DNA of 64,000 nucleotides. Source: Nostoc sp. DedSLP01 (GTDB lineage: Bacteria > Cyanobacteriota > Cyanobacteriia > Cyanobacteriales > Nostocaceae). Shown here piece by piece: positions 20,738-31,175 of the stretch. The stretch covers positions 1-64,000 of the forward strand of contig JAVRCJ020000011.1 of the NCBI GenBank assembly GCA_034530875.2. The letters are read 5' to 3'. Made by a program: the position numbers and the translations under genes. Numbering within the stretch: the stretch's first letter is position 1; each line of letters starts with the position of its first letter. A model generated the notes under the pieces. The model saw only the letters and a program-made list of their open reading frames with translations. It was not told the DNA's origin and searched no databases.

Positions 20738-20937
20738 AAAAGTTCGGAGAGATTGAAGGAGGCAGGAGGCAGAAGGCAGAAGGCAGGAGGCAGGAGGTTT
20801 TTACCTCAGTTGGGGATTGGTGACCCCACAATCGGGAGAGCCACCAAATTTTTAATTTGGTGCGGTGTTTCACGTTGTCCTGATGGTACGAGCAGGAGTT
20901 ATGGGTCAGTTTTCCTCCTGCCTTCTACTTAATTCCC

Positions 20938-21714
20938 TCACCTCACCAACTGCGCGGCAGAATTAAAAAACTGACGACACAATCCCCTAGTCAGCAAAAC
21001 TGTTGTCAGTAAGTTACCGAAAGCAACCATAAATGTAATTAAAATTTCGTAGGATATTGCATCCAAAGGTTTGACACCAGCTATTAACTGTCCGGTAGTC
21101 ATTCCTGGTATTGCTACCATACCTATAAGTATCATTTGATTCACAGTTGGAATCAATGCGGCTCTAATGGCGTCTTTGCGGTAATGGCTAACTGCTTGCT
21201 CTGGAGTTGCGCCTAAGCTCAAGTGGGTTTCTATTTCCAGATGGCTGGAATTAATCGTACTTACAAGGCGTTCCCCGGCGATCGCGGCTGCGTTCATCGC
21301 ATTACCTATGACTATCCCTGCTAAGGGAATTACATACTGTGGCTCGTACCACCTATCTGGTTGAAGAATTAAAAAGTTAGTATAAAGCACTGTCAAGATA
21401 GTACTGAGGAAAATTGCACCCCACACAAAAGGTAATACATAAGGAACTTTTGGAGTAATGCGATTTCGTGCGACAATCGCCGTAATCGTCAGCATAATTG
21501 CTAATATTGCCAAAACTGCCCAACCGTTGTTCCAAGCAAAGATGAAATCTAAAATGTATCCCAATACCAGTAGTTGTAAAATGGTTCTTCCAGTGGCAAG
21601 GGCTAAGTTCAACTCTAGTCCTAGTTTTTCCCAGAGAGATACACCAATGGCGATCGCCATTAATCCTAAAGCAATAGCTAAATCCACGAAATCTAATTCG
21701 ATGAGATCCTGCAC
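20938..21714 (-). CDS. fetB: UPF0014/FetB (YbbM) family ABC permease
   Basis: RTILQLLVLGYIL, PQYVIPLAGIVIGNAMN, LGATP, GMVAIPGMTTGQLIAG. Confidence 0.85.
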   Translation of the reverse strand: MQDLIELDFVDLAIALGLMAIAIGVSLWEKLGLELNLALATGRTILQLLVLGYILDFIFAWNNGWAVLAILAIMLTITAIVARNRITPKVPYVLPFVWGAIFLSTILTVLYTNFLILQPDRWYEPQYVIPLAGIVIGNAMNAAAIAGERLVSTINSSHLEIETHLSLGATPEQAVSHYRKDAIRAALIPTVNQMILIGMVAIPGMTTGQLIAGVKPLDAISYEILITFMVAFGNLLTTVLLTRGLCRQFFNSAAQLVR

Positions 21715-22031
21715 GGGTTTTCTATCTCCTGGTATTTTGTTGTTAAAGCAGCACGCACAAGAGGAACTTTGATTCGATGTGTTGGCTCTTGGTTGATATA
21801 TATTACCTTCATCAATTCAAAATGGTACAACCTTAACATGGCAACCACTTAGTAAGATTACTAACCGCAAATTAAATATGCGGTTATTGAATACACCACA
21901 ATTTAAGTAAAATCCCTAATAGATGCGTCATCTGGGCGATAGTCTTTTAACAGCTGTTTGATTAACAATTCAATTAGCAAAAAGTGACTCTCGAAGTGCA
22001 TCCTTTGTATCTTCCGATAAAATAACAACTC

Positions 22032-23180
22032 ATGATCCAAAGCGTAAATCCTGTCCCTGCTTTTGATATTAAGCAACAATACACCAGCATCGAAGCAGAA
22101 GTTAGTGCAGCGGTCTTAGAAGTTCTGGCTTCTGGCCGTTATATCGGCGGCCCCTTAGTAGAAAGCTTTGAGCAACAGTTTGCCGCTTATCATAATGTTA
22201 GTGAATGTATAGCTTGTAATTCTGGTACTGATGCGCTGTACTTAGCTTTACGAGTGTTGGGAATTGGTGCAGGTGATGAAGTGATTACAACGCCTTTCAC
22301 CTTTATCGCTACTGCTGAAACGATTAGCGCCGTGGGTGCCAAGCCTGTTTTCGTTGATATTGATGCTACTACCTTTAACTTAGACGTAGAGCAAATAACA
22401 GCAGCGATTACGCCAAAAACAAAAGCAATTATCCCGGTTCACCTATTTGGTCAACCAGTGGATATGACATCGCTGATGGCGATCGCTGTTGCTCACAATT
22501 TATCAGTAATTGAAGATTGCGCTCAATCTACAGGCGCAATTTGGGGCGATCGCAAAGTCGGAAGCATTGGACATATTGGTTGCTTTAGTTTTTACCCTAC
22601 CAAAAATCTTGGTGGTTGTGGCGATGGCGGAGCAATTACGACAAACGATCCAGCGATCGCCAGCAAACTGCGAATTCTCAGGGAGCATGGAAGTAAAATT
22701 CGATATTTACACGAAGAAATAGGTGTAAATAGCCGCTTGGATGCTCTACAAGCGGCTATTTTGCAAATTAAATTGCGTTATTTAGATATTTGGAACGAAC
22801 GGCGGCGAGAGATTGCCAATTATTACTATCAATTCCTCAGCCAGATTCCGGCGATCGTCCCACCCCAAGAACTTCCAGAGGGTATTGGGGTATGGAATCA
22901 ATACACTATTCGCATCTCAGGCGAAGGACGAAATGGTGCCAGCGCCAAATATCGAGACTGGGTACGCAGCCAATTGCAAGAAAAAGGCGTGAATTCAATG
23001 GTTTACTACCCCCTGCCTTTACACTTGCAGCCAGTTTATCAAAATCTCGGCTATCAAATTGGTGACTTTCCAGTAGCAGAGCAAGCCTGTCATGAAGTCA
23101 TATCTTTGCCTATGTTCCCAGAACTGACAGAACAACAGCAACAGCAGGTGGTTTATACCCTCAAAGAAGTTATCAGTTAA
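22032..23180 (+). CDS. DegT/DnrJ/EryC1/StrS PLP aminotransferase
   Basis: CNSGTDAL, PVHLFG, IEDCAQS, FSFYPTKNLG. Confidence 0.95.
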   Translation: MIQSVNPVPAFDIKQQYTSIEAEVSAAVLEVLASGRYIGGPLVESFEQQFAAYHNVSECIACNSGTDALYLALRVLGIGAGDEVITTPFTFIATAETISAVGAKPVFVDIDATTFNLDVEQITAAITPKTKAIIPVHLFGQPVDMTSLMAIAVAHNLSVIEDCAQSTGAIWGDRKVGSIGHIGCFSFYPTKNLGGCGDGGAITTNDPAIASKLRILREHGSKIRYLHEEIGVNSRLDALQAAILQIKLRYLDIWNERRREIANYYYQFLSQIPAIVPPQELPEGIGVWNQYTIRISGEGRNGASAKYRDWVRSQLQEKGVNSMVYYPLPLHLQPVYQNLGYQIGDFPVAEQACHEVISLPMFPELTEQQQQQVVYTLKEVIS

Positions 23181-23184
23181 AAGT

Positions 23185-23209
23185 TACAGACGCGATAAAT
23201 CGCGTCTGT
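23185..23209. repeat. REP-like palindrome between convergent genes (related copy near 57505)
   Basis: ACAGACGCGATAAATCGCGTCTGT. Confidence 0.7.
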
Positions 23210-23275
23210 ACAAGAGTTAAGAGTAGAGACGCGATTCACCCTTGTCTGTACAAAAATTAGGACTACTCCTAACTC

Positions 23276-24019
23276 CTAACTCCTAACTGTATTTGCAGTT
23301 GCTAAAGCTTCCACCAAACTACGTACAGCAGCAATCATAGCGACTTCGCTATTGAGTTGGTTGATGGCAGAACCAACACCAACACCAGCAGCACCAGCAG
23401 CGATCGCTAATGGTGCGGTAACGCTAGAAATCCCTGAAGCACACAATACTGGTACTGTGACTGCACGAGAAATTTCACGAGCTGCTGCCAAAGTGGGAGC
23501 AGCTTTTTCAATTAATCCTAGAGTTCCAGCGTGAACTGGATTGCTGCTAGTACCACCTTCGGTTTGGATAATATCAGCTCCGGCTTTCACCAGTTCCTCT
23601 GCTAGTTGTACCTGTTGGTCTAGTTCCAGAATGTGGGGAACGGTGACAGACAAGGTAATTTCTGGGAGCAGAGCGCGAGTTTCCTTAGTCAAAGCGAGTA
23701 CTTCTGGAGCCTCGAAGCGGCGTCCTTGAGCATAGAAAGAATCGAAATTCCCGATTTCAATTAAATCGGCACCAGACGCCACAGCTTGAACAAATTTCTC
23801 TGGTTCTACTGCTGAAACACAAATTGGTAATTTTGTCAAACTTTTAGCTAGCTGGACTAAAGCAGGATCGGCGGCGATATCGACAAAAGTAGCGCCGCCA
23901 AATTCAGCAGCTTTGACAACAGCGGCGACGCTAGTGGCGTCGAAGTTATTCAAGCCGCTAATTACTTTCAGAACGCGGCGGCTAGTAAATGCACGTTGTA
24001 GTGTGGAATGCATCGTCAT
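23276..24019 (-). CDS. ycf23: Ycf23/DUF561 TIM-barrel protein
   Basis: LKVISGLNNFD, GATFVDIAADP, IEIGNFDSFY, IQTEGGTS. Confidence 0.9.
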   Translation of the reverse strand: MTMHSTLQRAFTSRRVLKVISGLNNFDATSVAAVVKAAEFGGATFVDIAADPALVQLAKSLTKLPICVSAVEPEKFVQAVASGADLIEIGNFDSFYAQGRRFEAPEVLALTKETRALLPEITLSVTVPHILELDQQVQLAEELVKAGADIIQTEGGTSSNPVHAGTLGLIEKAAPTLAAAREISRAVTVPVLCASGISSVTAPLAIAAGAAGVGVGSAINQLNSEVAMIAAVRSLVEALATANTVRS

Positions 24020-24146
24020 GGTTCGGCTTTAAAGCTACGAAAATTAGGTATATTCTACCCTTCTTGACGATAGAGAGCCTAAATTCATATAACAATTGGT
24101 GAATTTTGAGAGTGCGATCGGCTAAATAACCGCCGAAAGCACAATT

Positions 24147-25733
24147 TCAATCTATATCTAAAAAATTGAATTTCTTAGATAAATCAGACGGTACAAGGGT
24201 AAATGATGGAATATTTTTTTGAATTACTAGAGAAACATCATCATATTCATTGCTTTCTTGAAAAAACCTAACTACTTCCTTTTTCTTCCAGCCTTGAATA
24301 TAAAATATAAAATTATTGTTTTCATTTTTCACTTCGAGTAAGTCTATAGTTTTTGTTGGCTTAACTTTTAATATTTTGTCTAAGTTTTGGTATTTGAGTT
24401 GAGTATCTGTAAACAACGATGTTGTTAAAGGCTTAACGATAACTTGACGAGACAAAAGTTGCATTTCTAGCACTACCGGAATTGAATCGGCAATTACAAA
24501 AATTCTTTGACCTTGAGACGGTAAATTATATAGATTTTTTGCCAGCCTTCTGTTATCTTCAGTTTGATTTTGCCAATAGGGGTAAGGAGGTGAATAAGAA
24601 TTTTTATAACTTACAAAGACGAGCAAAATTGAAATTAACGACAAACCAAAGGCAATAATTGTTTTATTTTTACGAAAACTAAGCACTGTACTGATAGCAG
24701 CCTGTAACCATATTGCATTTCCAATTGCTAAAACTGGAGCCATATAAATAAAGTGACGGGCTGGATAATGGTTTGGCATCCAAAAAATATAATTGAGAAT
24801 TAGCGTCGGAAAAACAAATAATAGAGCTAGATAATCGCGTTGGAAGCACAAATAAATAAAACTAATAAAAGAAATGAAAATATATAATGGATTGCAACCT
24901 TTAATAAAGCTTACAGTTCCTGTTTTGAAATTCTGAAGCATTCTATCAGGGCCATGATAAAAGATTAAATCTTCAACTATACCATCGCTACCTGTAGCTA
25001 TCTCTGGAAGTTGTGACTTAATAGCAAAGAATATAATGATGGGGAAAATAATATAAACACTAGAATGATAAACAGCTTTGGTGAAAGAATATCCTTCAAT
25101 AAGAAGACAGGCAGGAATCAGTAAAAACATTAGCGCTGCATCCAGCCTAAACATTAGGCATAAAGAAAAGGCAAAAATAATCGATATATCTAATAATATT
25201 AATTTCTGTATACTTCCACCTGAAAACTTTACTTCCGAACGATATCCAATTAATGCTAAACCTACAAACATGAACAATACAGCTTGAATCATTGGATGCC
25301 CGTAAAGGCTTGTACTCCACCAAACTGGGATAAAAATCAGTAGTAAATTGGCTAGTAGAGCCGTCGTTACTCCCCAGTATCTTTTGACAATATAAAAAAC
25401 AGGAATAACTATTAAAATTGAACTAAAGGAACTTATATAATTAGTAATTGGGATAATTATATTAAAGTTTTTTTGAAATATCGGTCTAAAAATATCTATC
25501 AGCACATAATAACCATAGGATATACTGCGACCATAAAGCAAGGGACTACCTAATGGTTTTCCAGATATAACTGAGTCAATTATTCCCATTACCATTCTGA
25601 ACCCATCTCTCTCACCTGGGGTATCTTTGTAAGTAAAAGGTAGATAACATAAACTGGCTATAATTAACAAAAAAAGTACTATTAGGAAAGGAGTTCGTTT
25701 GAGTTGCATAAAGGTAATCTCAGTTTCGGGCAA
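24147..25733 (-). CDS. Polytopic membrane protein, possible GT-C glycosyltransferase
   Basis: 10 or more hydrophobic segments, ERD in first loop, RLD, ARHFIYMAP; AT-rich coding. Confidence 0.6.
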   Translation of the reverse strand: MPETEITFMQLKRTPFLIVLFLLIIASLCYLPFTYKDTPGERDGFRMVMGIIDSVISGKPLGSPLLYGRSISYGYYVLIDIFRPIFQKNFNIIIPITNYISSFSSILIVIPVFYIVKRYWGVTTALLANLLLIFIPVWWSTSLYGHPMIQAVLFMFVGLALIGYRSEVKFSGGSIQKLILLDISIIFAFSLCLMFRLDAALMFLLIPACLLIEGYSFTKAVYHSSVYIIFPIIIFFAIKSQLPEIATGSDGIVEDLIFYHGPDRMLQNFKTGTVSFIKGCNPLYIFISFISFIYLCFQRDYLALLFVFPTLILNYIFWMPNHYPARHFIYMAPVLAIGNAIWLQAAISTVLSFRKNKTIIAFGLSLISILLVFVSYKNSYSPPYPYWQNQTEDNRRLAKNLYNLPSQGQRIFVIADSIPVVLEMQLLSRQVIVKPLTTSLFTDTQLKYQNLDKILKVKPTKTIDLLEVKNENNNFIFYIQGWKKKEVVRFFQESNEYDDVSLVIQKNIPSFTLVPSDLSKKFNFLDID

Positions 25734-26021
25734 GTCTATTGAGTTTAGTTAAGAAGAATTCTCGTTTGAGTTAGGCTTCAGTAAATAGGTTGCTTAGGAA
25801 AACGATCGGCGATCGCGCATTTTAATTCTATATATCGCGCTGAGGTTGTCAAGAGTCCAAAGTTCAAGTTAGCCTTTGGACTTCTGAAACAGGACAGCCT
25901 GCAAAGGATAATATTTGATACTGGCGTGCATCATATAATTATTTACGCAAATTTACATTATGTATTTTTTCGTTTATCAGCAATTTTATCTACATAAAAA
26001 ATAAATCATATAATAGCAGCG

Positions 26022-26624
26022 ATGAATAAATTGAAAAAATCAGAATTCAATCAGTTAAAGTTATACAAATTTGCCCCAGCTTCGGAGAACGAAGAAGTAG
26101 TTTTTGGAGCAGCGCGGCCTGGATATAGTAATAAGAGGGTTGAAGAGTGGATAGAATTTATGAAACGACAAGGTATCAAGCGAGTTTGTTGTCTTCTTCC
26201 CGACGAACAACTAGCTTCTTATTCCGATCTTCTGGGTACATATAAACAAGAATTTGGTAGTCAACTAGTTTGCTGGGCACCGATCGGAGATTTTCATTTA
26301 TCCGATCTAGAAACCCTCACACAGAAAATACTTCCTTTTTTAATGGAAGCAGATCGACAAAATGAAAAAGTTGTCGTACACTGTGCTGGTGGAATTGGGC
26401 GTACTGGACATGTATTAGCAGCATGGTTAGTTAGCGTCCGAGGATTATCAAATAAAGCAGCGTTAGCGAAGCTTACCGAAGGTATCGCTGCTGTCAAAAA
26501 AACAGGCAGAAATCCTTACGAAGCTGCGATCGCTGCTGTATTCCAAGGTAAAAATCCTTGGAAAGTTGTTAAAGAACTTGACTTACTTTTAAATAATTGC
26601 CGTCTAGCAGTGCGTGGCGAGTAG
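26022..26624 (+). CDS. Dual-specificity protein phosphatase
   Basis: VHCAGGIGRTG (CX5R) P-loop. Confidence 0.92.
   Translation: MNKLKKSEFNQLKLYKFAPASENEEVVFGAARPGYSNKRVEEWIEFMKRQGIKRVCCLLPDEQLASYSDLLGTYKQEFGSQLVCWAPIGDFHLSDLETLTQKILPFLMEADRQNEKVVVHCAGGIGRTGHVLAAWLVSVRGLSNKAALAKLTEGIAAVKKTGRNPYEAAIAAVFQGKNPWKVVKELDLLLNNCRLAVRGE
26463..26483 (+). mobile_element. 21-nt SDR5-like element inserted in frame into HIP1
   Basis: GCG|TTAGCGAAGCTTACCGAAGGT|ATCGC. Confidence 0.8.
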
Positions 26625-26704
26625 TAAAGATCGTATTCTAATTCAGCAACTGTAATACCAATTTTATATATTATCTGAATAGGAGTGTTTAGGAGATAAA
26701 TTTT

Positions 26705-27400
26705 ATGACAATGGTTTTAGAGAAAGTAGTACCTTTTGGGAGGTCAATGGATGAATATATAAAAATGTTCAATTTAACAAATGCAGATTTAAATAAAAGA
26801 ATTATTGGGGTTGGAGACGGGCCAGCAAGCTTTAATGCGGAAATGACACTTCAGGGTAAAAGTGTAATTTCTGTCGATCCACTCTACCAATTTTCTGGCG
26901 AAGAAATCTTCCAAAGATTTAATGAAGTGGTAGATAATATCATCGCTCAAGTTAAGGCTACACCAAATGATTGGGTATGGAGCTATCATAAATCTCCAGA
27001 TGACTTGCAGCACAACAGAGTAAAAGTTATCGAAAAATTTTTATCTGATTATACTAATGCTAAAAATAGTAATAGATACATAGTTGGTGAATTGCCAAAA
27101 TTGAAATTTGAAAATCAAGAATTCGATATAGCCCTTTGTTCGCATTTATTGTTTTTATATTCAGACCATCTAAATTATGATTTTCACTTAAATTCAGTGG
27201 GTGAAATGTTGCGGGTTGCGAAAGAAATCCGAATATTTCCGCTGATAAATTTAATGTTAAAGCCTTCGCCACATTTAGAAGGAATAGTGAGATACTACTC
27301 TGCCAAAGGTTACAGTATAAGTATCGAAAAAGTTGAATATGAACTCCAACCTGGCGGAAATCAGATGTTGAAGATAACTAAAGATGTGAATAAAATTTAG
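26705..27400 (+). CDS. SAM-dependent methyltransferase
   Basis: GVGDGPASF, VDPLY, FDIALCSHLLFLY. Confidence 0.85.
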   Translation: MTMVLEKVVPFGRSMDEYIKMFNLTNADLNKRIIGVGDGPASFNAEMTLQGKSVISVDPLYQFSGEEIFQRFNEVVDNIIAQVKATPNDWVWSYHKSPDDLQHNRVKVIEKFLSDYTNAKNSNRYIVGELPKLKFENQEFDIALCSHLLFLYSDHLNYDFHLNSVGEMLRVAKEIRIFPLINLMLKPSPHLEGIVRYYSAKGYSISIEKVEYELQPGGNQMLKITKDVNKI

Positions 27401-27477
27401 AATTCTCAATAAATCTTGTAACAAGATTTCTATTTGATTGCCTGAAAAAGCTCGATTTCTTATTCCTACCCAGACAA

Positions 27478-27586
27478 TTACAGCAGTTTTCATCTATTTA
27501 GACCATATACTCATATTCCTCTCTGCGACTCTGCATTTCTGCGTGATAAAAAAAGCCGTGGTTCATTTACCTGAAAATAGCTGTAA
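27478..27586. mobile_element. MITE
   Basis: TIRs TTACAGCAGTTTTCA.. vs (rc) TTACAGCTATTTTCA.. Confidence 0.65.
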
Positions 27587-27662
27587 GTTGAAAAATTCAA
27601 GCTGATTGCTATAGACAACTAAGGATACAATTACATTCAGTGTTGGTATTCTTTTTCATCCT

Positions 27663-28583
27663 ATGCTACCAGTCATCTATTCCGACGAATTTTTAGATCA
27701 TAAGACTGGAAAATACCATCCGGAAACACCAGAACGGTTGATAGCGATCGCTAACGCCTTAAAAGCAGCTACCTTTGCAGATAAAATTGCATGGCGATCG
27801 CCCACACCAGCACCAGAACAGCCTTCTTTGATGTCTTTGTTAGTTAAGGCTCATAGTCCAGCCTACATCAAAAAAGTCTGGGCAATTGCTTCTAGTGGCG
27901 GCGGGCCTTTGGATGGAGATACGCCAATTTCCCCCCGCAGTTATGATGTGGCACTGTTGGCGGTGAGTGCTTGGTTAGATGGAGTTGAGGCTGTATTAGA
28001 GTTGGGTAATCCGGCTTTCGTACTGGCGCGCCCGCCAGGACACCATGCCGAAAGCGATGCTGGTATGGGCTTTTGCCTATTTTCTAACGCCGCGATCGCC
28101 GCTTTTTTTGCCTTAGAACAACCCGGAATTAACCGCGTCGCCATCCTCGATTGGGATGTGCATCACGGAAATGGTACTCAAGCGATCGTCGAAACCGATC
28201 CGCGAATTGCTTACTGTTCCCTACATCAGTATCCATGCTATCCCGGCACTGGGAGAGGAACAGAACGCGGCTTTCACAATAATGTGTTGAATTTACCAGT
28301 ACCTCCCGGTAGCAATCTTGCAGTCTATCAGCCATTGTTTGAAAACAAAGTACTACCGTTTTTAGCTAACTTTGGGCCAGATTTACTGATTGTTAGCGCT
28401 GGCTATGATGCTAATGCCGCAGATCCTTTAGCAAGTATCAACTTGGAATCAGAAGATTACGGCTTGTTTACTGATTATTGTCTGGGGCTAACTCGTAAAA
28501 TTCTCTTTGGTTTGGAAGGCGGTTACGATTTTGATGCACTTTCTCAATCGGTTGTAGCTACCATTGAACGTTGTTTAGTTTAA
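27663..28583 (+). CDS. Histone deacetylase family (zinc-dependent deacylase)
   Basis: HPE, RPPGHHA, GFC, DWDVHHGNGT, SAGYD, EGGY. Confidence 0.95.
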   Translation: MLPVIYSDEFLDHKTGKYHPETPERLIAIANALKAATFADKIAWRSPTPAPEQPSLMSLLVKAHSPAYIKKVWAIASSGGGPLDGDTPISPRSYDVALLAVSAWLDGVEAVLELGNPAFVLARPPGHHAESDAGMGFCLFSNAAIAAFFALEQPGINRVAILDWDVHHGNGTQAIVETDPRIAYCSLHQYPCYPGTGRGTERGFHNNVLNLPVPPGSNLAVYQPLFENKVLPFLANFGPDLLIVSAGYDANAADPLASINLESEDYGLFTDYCLGLTRKILFGLEGGYDFDALSQSVVATIERCLV

Positions 28584-29191
28584 CCTGCCTCGATCGCAAC
28601 GTTTCTTTACATTCATCAACGGCGATCGCCTTCTTCTAACACTCTCAAAAGTCGCAACATTTCTTTACATTTAGCAAGCGCGATCGCCCATTAACAGCTT
28701 CCATTAGTCTTAGGAAAAATAACGTCTTTTTATTTGAAAAAATTTTATGCTTTCTTTGCTCTCAGTGTAACCGCGGAATTATTCATTGGCTTGTTTTTGC
28801 GTATCCACTGACATAGATGCAGGCGACTAGTAATTTTCTCAGTAAATTTTCTAAAATAGATTTTTGTCATTTCCCAATATAGCTGTGATAAATAGGCTTT
28901 TTGTGAAGATTTAGTTTTATAGCTATTTTTCAGTTAATTTACGAATTTAACAACAATATTTACGTAATTTTTAGGTGTAACAACTTTTGTTAGGACTTCT
29001 GTCTCAGTAATTTCTTTTACAAATACTTTCTACGATTCATCAAATCTTCAGAAAGAAAAATTTTGGCCAGTCTCCTGAAACAGCTAAAGTTTTGTTAAGA
29101 TGCAATTGCTAGCACTTTTTGAGCGAAATTCACCTATCACTGTGTGGAGAAATAAGAAGTACTAGCGGCACAAAGTTTAGAAGGTGAAGCA

Positions 29192-29329
29192 ATGACCACC
29201 TACATTTTTTTCGACGAAGCCTTACGAATGCTGACCAACGCTTTTTTAATATCAGCAGTACTGTTAATAGCAGCTTCTGGTATAGGTTTGGCAGTAATTG
29301 AAACAATAGAAAAGACAGGACAACGTTAA
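29192..29329 (+). CDS. Small single-TM protein, 45 aa (not in ORF track)
   Basis: AAGGTGA RBS-like motif upstream of ATG; MTTYIFFDEALRMLTNAFLISAVLLIAASGIGLAVIETIEKTGQR. Confidence 0.55.
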   Translation: MTTYIFFDEALRMLTNAFLISAVLLIAASGIGLAVIETIEKTGQR

Positions 29330-29505
29330 GTTGAAAGATGGCAGCGTAATTATTAGTAAAACCATTGGGTGCAAGTGTTCGCCGTGAAGTAATTTTGGGA
29401 ACACTAAACTATAAAAGTCTCACAGCGTTGCAGTCTCACCTGTAAGTACAGCAAATAAACAGGTAACTGTATCGCTATTGAGACCTTAACCAAGGAGCTA
29501 CTACA

Positions 29506-29952
29506 ATGGGTCTACTTGATACTGTGTTGGTTGCAGGAAGTCAAAGCCAACCAGTACTAAATTCGGCAGAAGCTTTTGCTGTTATAGTTTTGATGGCAAC
29601 AGCGCCAAACGGTTACCTTTCCGTTGAACAAGCCAACTCTGTCACTTTTGTACTATCTGGGATAAAACTTTTAAAAAGTTATCCCCAAGAGACAATTAAG
29701 AGTTTGGTAGATAAAATATTATCTATTTTCCAAGGCGATAATCTTAATACTTTATTTAATGCTGCTAGAGATGCTTTATCTCAAGAGTTGCGCCAGGCAG
29801 CTTTTGCAGTAGTTACTGATTTAGTCTTTGCTGAAGATGTAGTAGGTGAAGAAGACAAAAACTTTTTAAAAGACTTACATCAAGCTTTAGGCGTCCCCAC
29901 CGAGATAGCAATGCAAATTATGCAAGTAATGTTGATAAAAAATCGGGTATAG
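29506..29952 (+). CDS. TerB-family (tellurite resistance) protein
   Basis: AGGAG RBS; AEAFAVI, AFAVVTDLVFAED..EEDKNFL..L.QALG pattern. Confidence 0.8.
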   Translation: MGLLDTVLVAGSQSQPVLNSAEAFAVIVLMATAPNGYLSVEQANSVTFVLSGIKLLKSYPQETIKSLVDKILSIFQGDNLNTLFNAARDALSQELRQAAFAVVTDLVFAEDVVGEEDKNFLKDLHQALGVPTEIAMQIMQVMLIKNRV

Positions 29953-30150
29953 GGCAATAGGAATATCTCCAATTTCAACAATATAAATAGCCTAATAAAT
30001 AAAGTGTGGCAAATTTTATTGCCTAAAAAATATCGTATAAGGCAAGGGGGAAGATGCAAAACGCAATTCATCTTTCCCCTATTGCCTATTACCGATTAAC
30101 TCTCGTCTATACTCTTAAAAACTGCCACATTCACAAATTTAGTTGTTCGT

Positions 30151-30570
30151 TTATCGACTATTATTCAATAACCGATCGCGAATCATTTGGAGTTGTTCTT
30201 GAGTCTCAATTGGAGAGCGTGGCGTGGGTAATTCAGTATTAGGCCAGGTCAATAAATCATGACAGGGACATACCAAAGCCGGCATTCCAAGGTCTTTGGC
30301 AGCTAATGGCATTTTGCAGCGAGAGCAAGGCAGTATATCCCATGTCAATGTCAACAAGTCGGCAATTGTTTCATGGGTACCTTCTAAATAACAGTCGGCA
30401 GATTCGACCGAGAGAATTTTTGCCCAGGATTCTTCAAACTCTTTGCTATAGCGATCGCCTTCTAGCACGCTTTTAGGCAAAAAGCTTACCTCACCGTTCT
30501 TTGAGATTACTTTCTTACCCAGTTGAAACCAGTAGGCAAGATATCTTTTAACTTCTTCTTTGGTTGCCAT
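30151..30570 (-). CDS. Conserved cyanobacterial hypothetical protein with CxxC/CxC motifs
   Basis: YLAYWFQLGK, CYLEGT, CSRCKMP, CPCHDL..WPN. Confidence 0.75.
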   Translation of the reverse strand: MATKEEVKRYLAYWFQLGKKVISKNGEVSFLPKSVLEGDRYSKEFEESWAKILSVESADCYLEGTHETIADLLTLTWDILPCSRCKMPLAAKDLGMPALVCPCHDLLTWPNTELPTPRSPIETQEQLQMIRDRLLNNSR

Positions 30571-30626
30571 GATGTAATTTTATACTTTAATGAAGCTATT
30601 TCGGAGGCGAAATGTTTAATTTAGAA

Positions 30627-31175
30627 TTAAGACTTTAGCTCTGGTAATGGTGAACCAAGAACGCTGAGATTGAGAACGTAACCCCCAGTAATGAGATAAA
30701 CAGGATTGCACAAGCTTGCTAACCGACGCACTAAAGAACCAAGGCGATCGCGGAAAGTTCTACCAATGGGATAAGCTGGCACTACACCCCAACCCACTTC
30801 TTCTGCTACAAACACCATATCAGCAGCCACCATATCCACTGTTTCTAAGAACTCCGCAACAATATCTTCCCAGATTTGATTATCTTCTTCTAGTAGATTA
30901 GCTACCCAAGTTCCTAAAGAATCAACTAAAACACAGGTATTGGGTTTGACATCAGCAAGTGTGGCAGACAGTTGCACAGGTACAGATAGAGTCATCCAGT
31001 CTTGGGGACGACGTTTTTGGTGTTCTAAAATGCGTTTGTGCCATTCTTCATCGTTTGGGTTATCAGTAGCTGTTGCCACGTAAATAACTGCTTTCCCCGA
31101 CTGTATGGCAAGGGTTTCTGCCCATTCACTTTTACCACATCGGGCTGGGCCTGTTACTAGGATGACTTTACCCAA
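30627..31175 (-). CDS. cobU: Adenosylcobinamide kinase/phosphate guanylyltransferase
   Basis: VTGPARCGKS P-loop, YVATA, RILEH, EEVGWGVVP, FRDRLG. Confidence 0.92.
   Translation of the reverse strand: MGKVILVTGPARCGKSEWAETLAIQSGKAVIYVATATDNPNDEEWHKRILEHQKRRPQDWMTLSVPVQLSATLADVKPNTCVLVDSLGTWVANLLEEDNQIWEDIVAEFLETVDMVAADMVFVAEEVGWGVVPAYPIGRTFRDRLGSLVRRLASLCNPVYLITGGYVLNLSVLGSPLPELKS

Noticed and set aside
26022..28583. Phosphatase, methyltransferase and deacetylase as a protein-modification operon
   Set aside because: A 260-bp MITE-containing gap and differing base composition give no support beyond adjacency.
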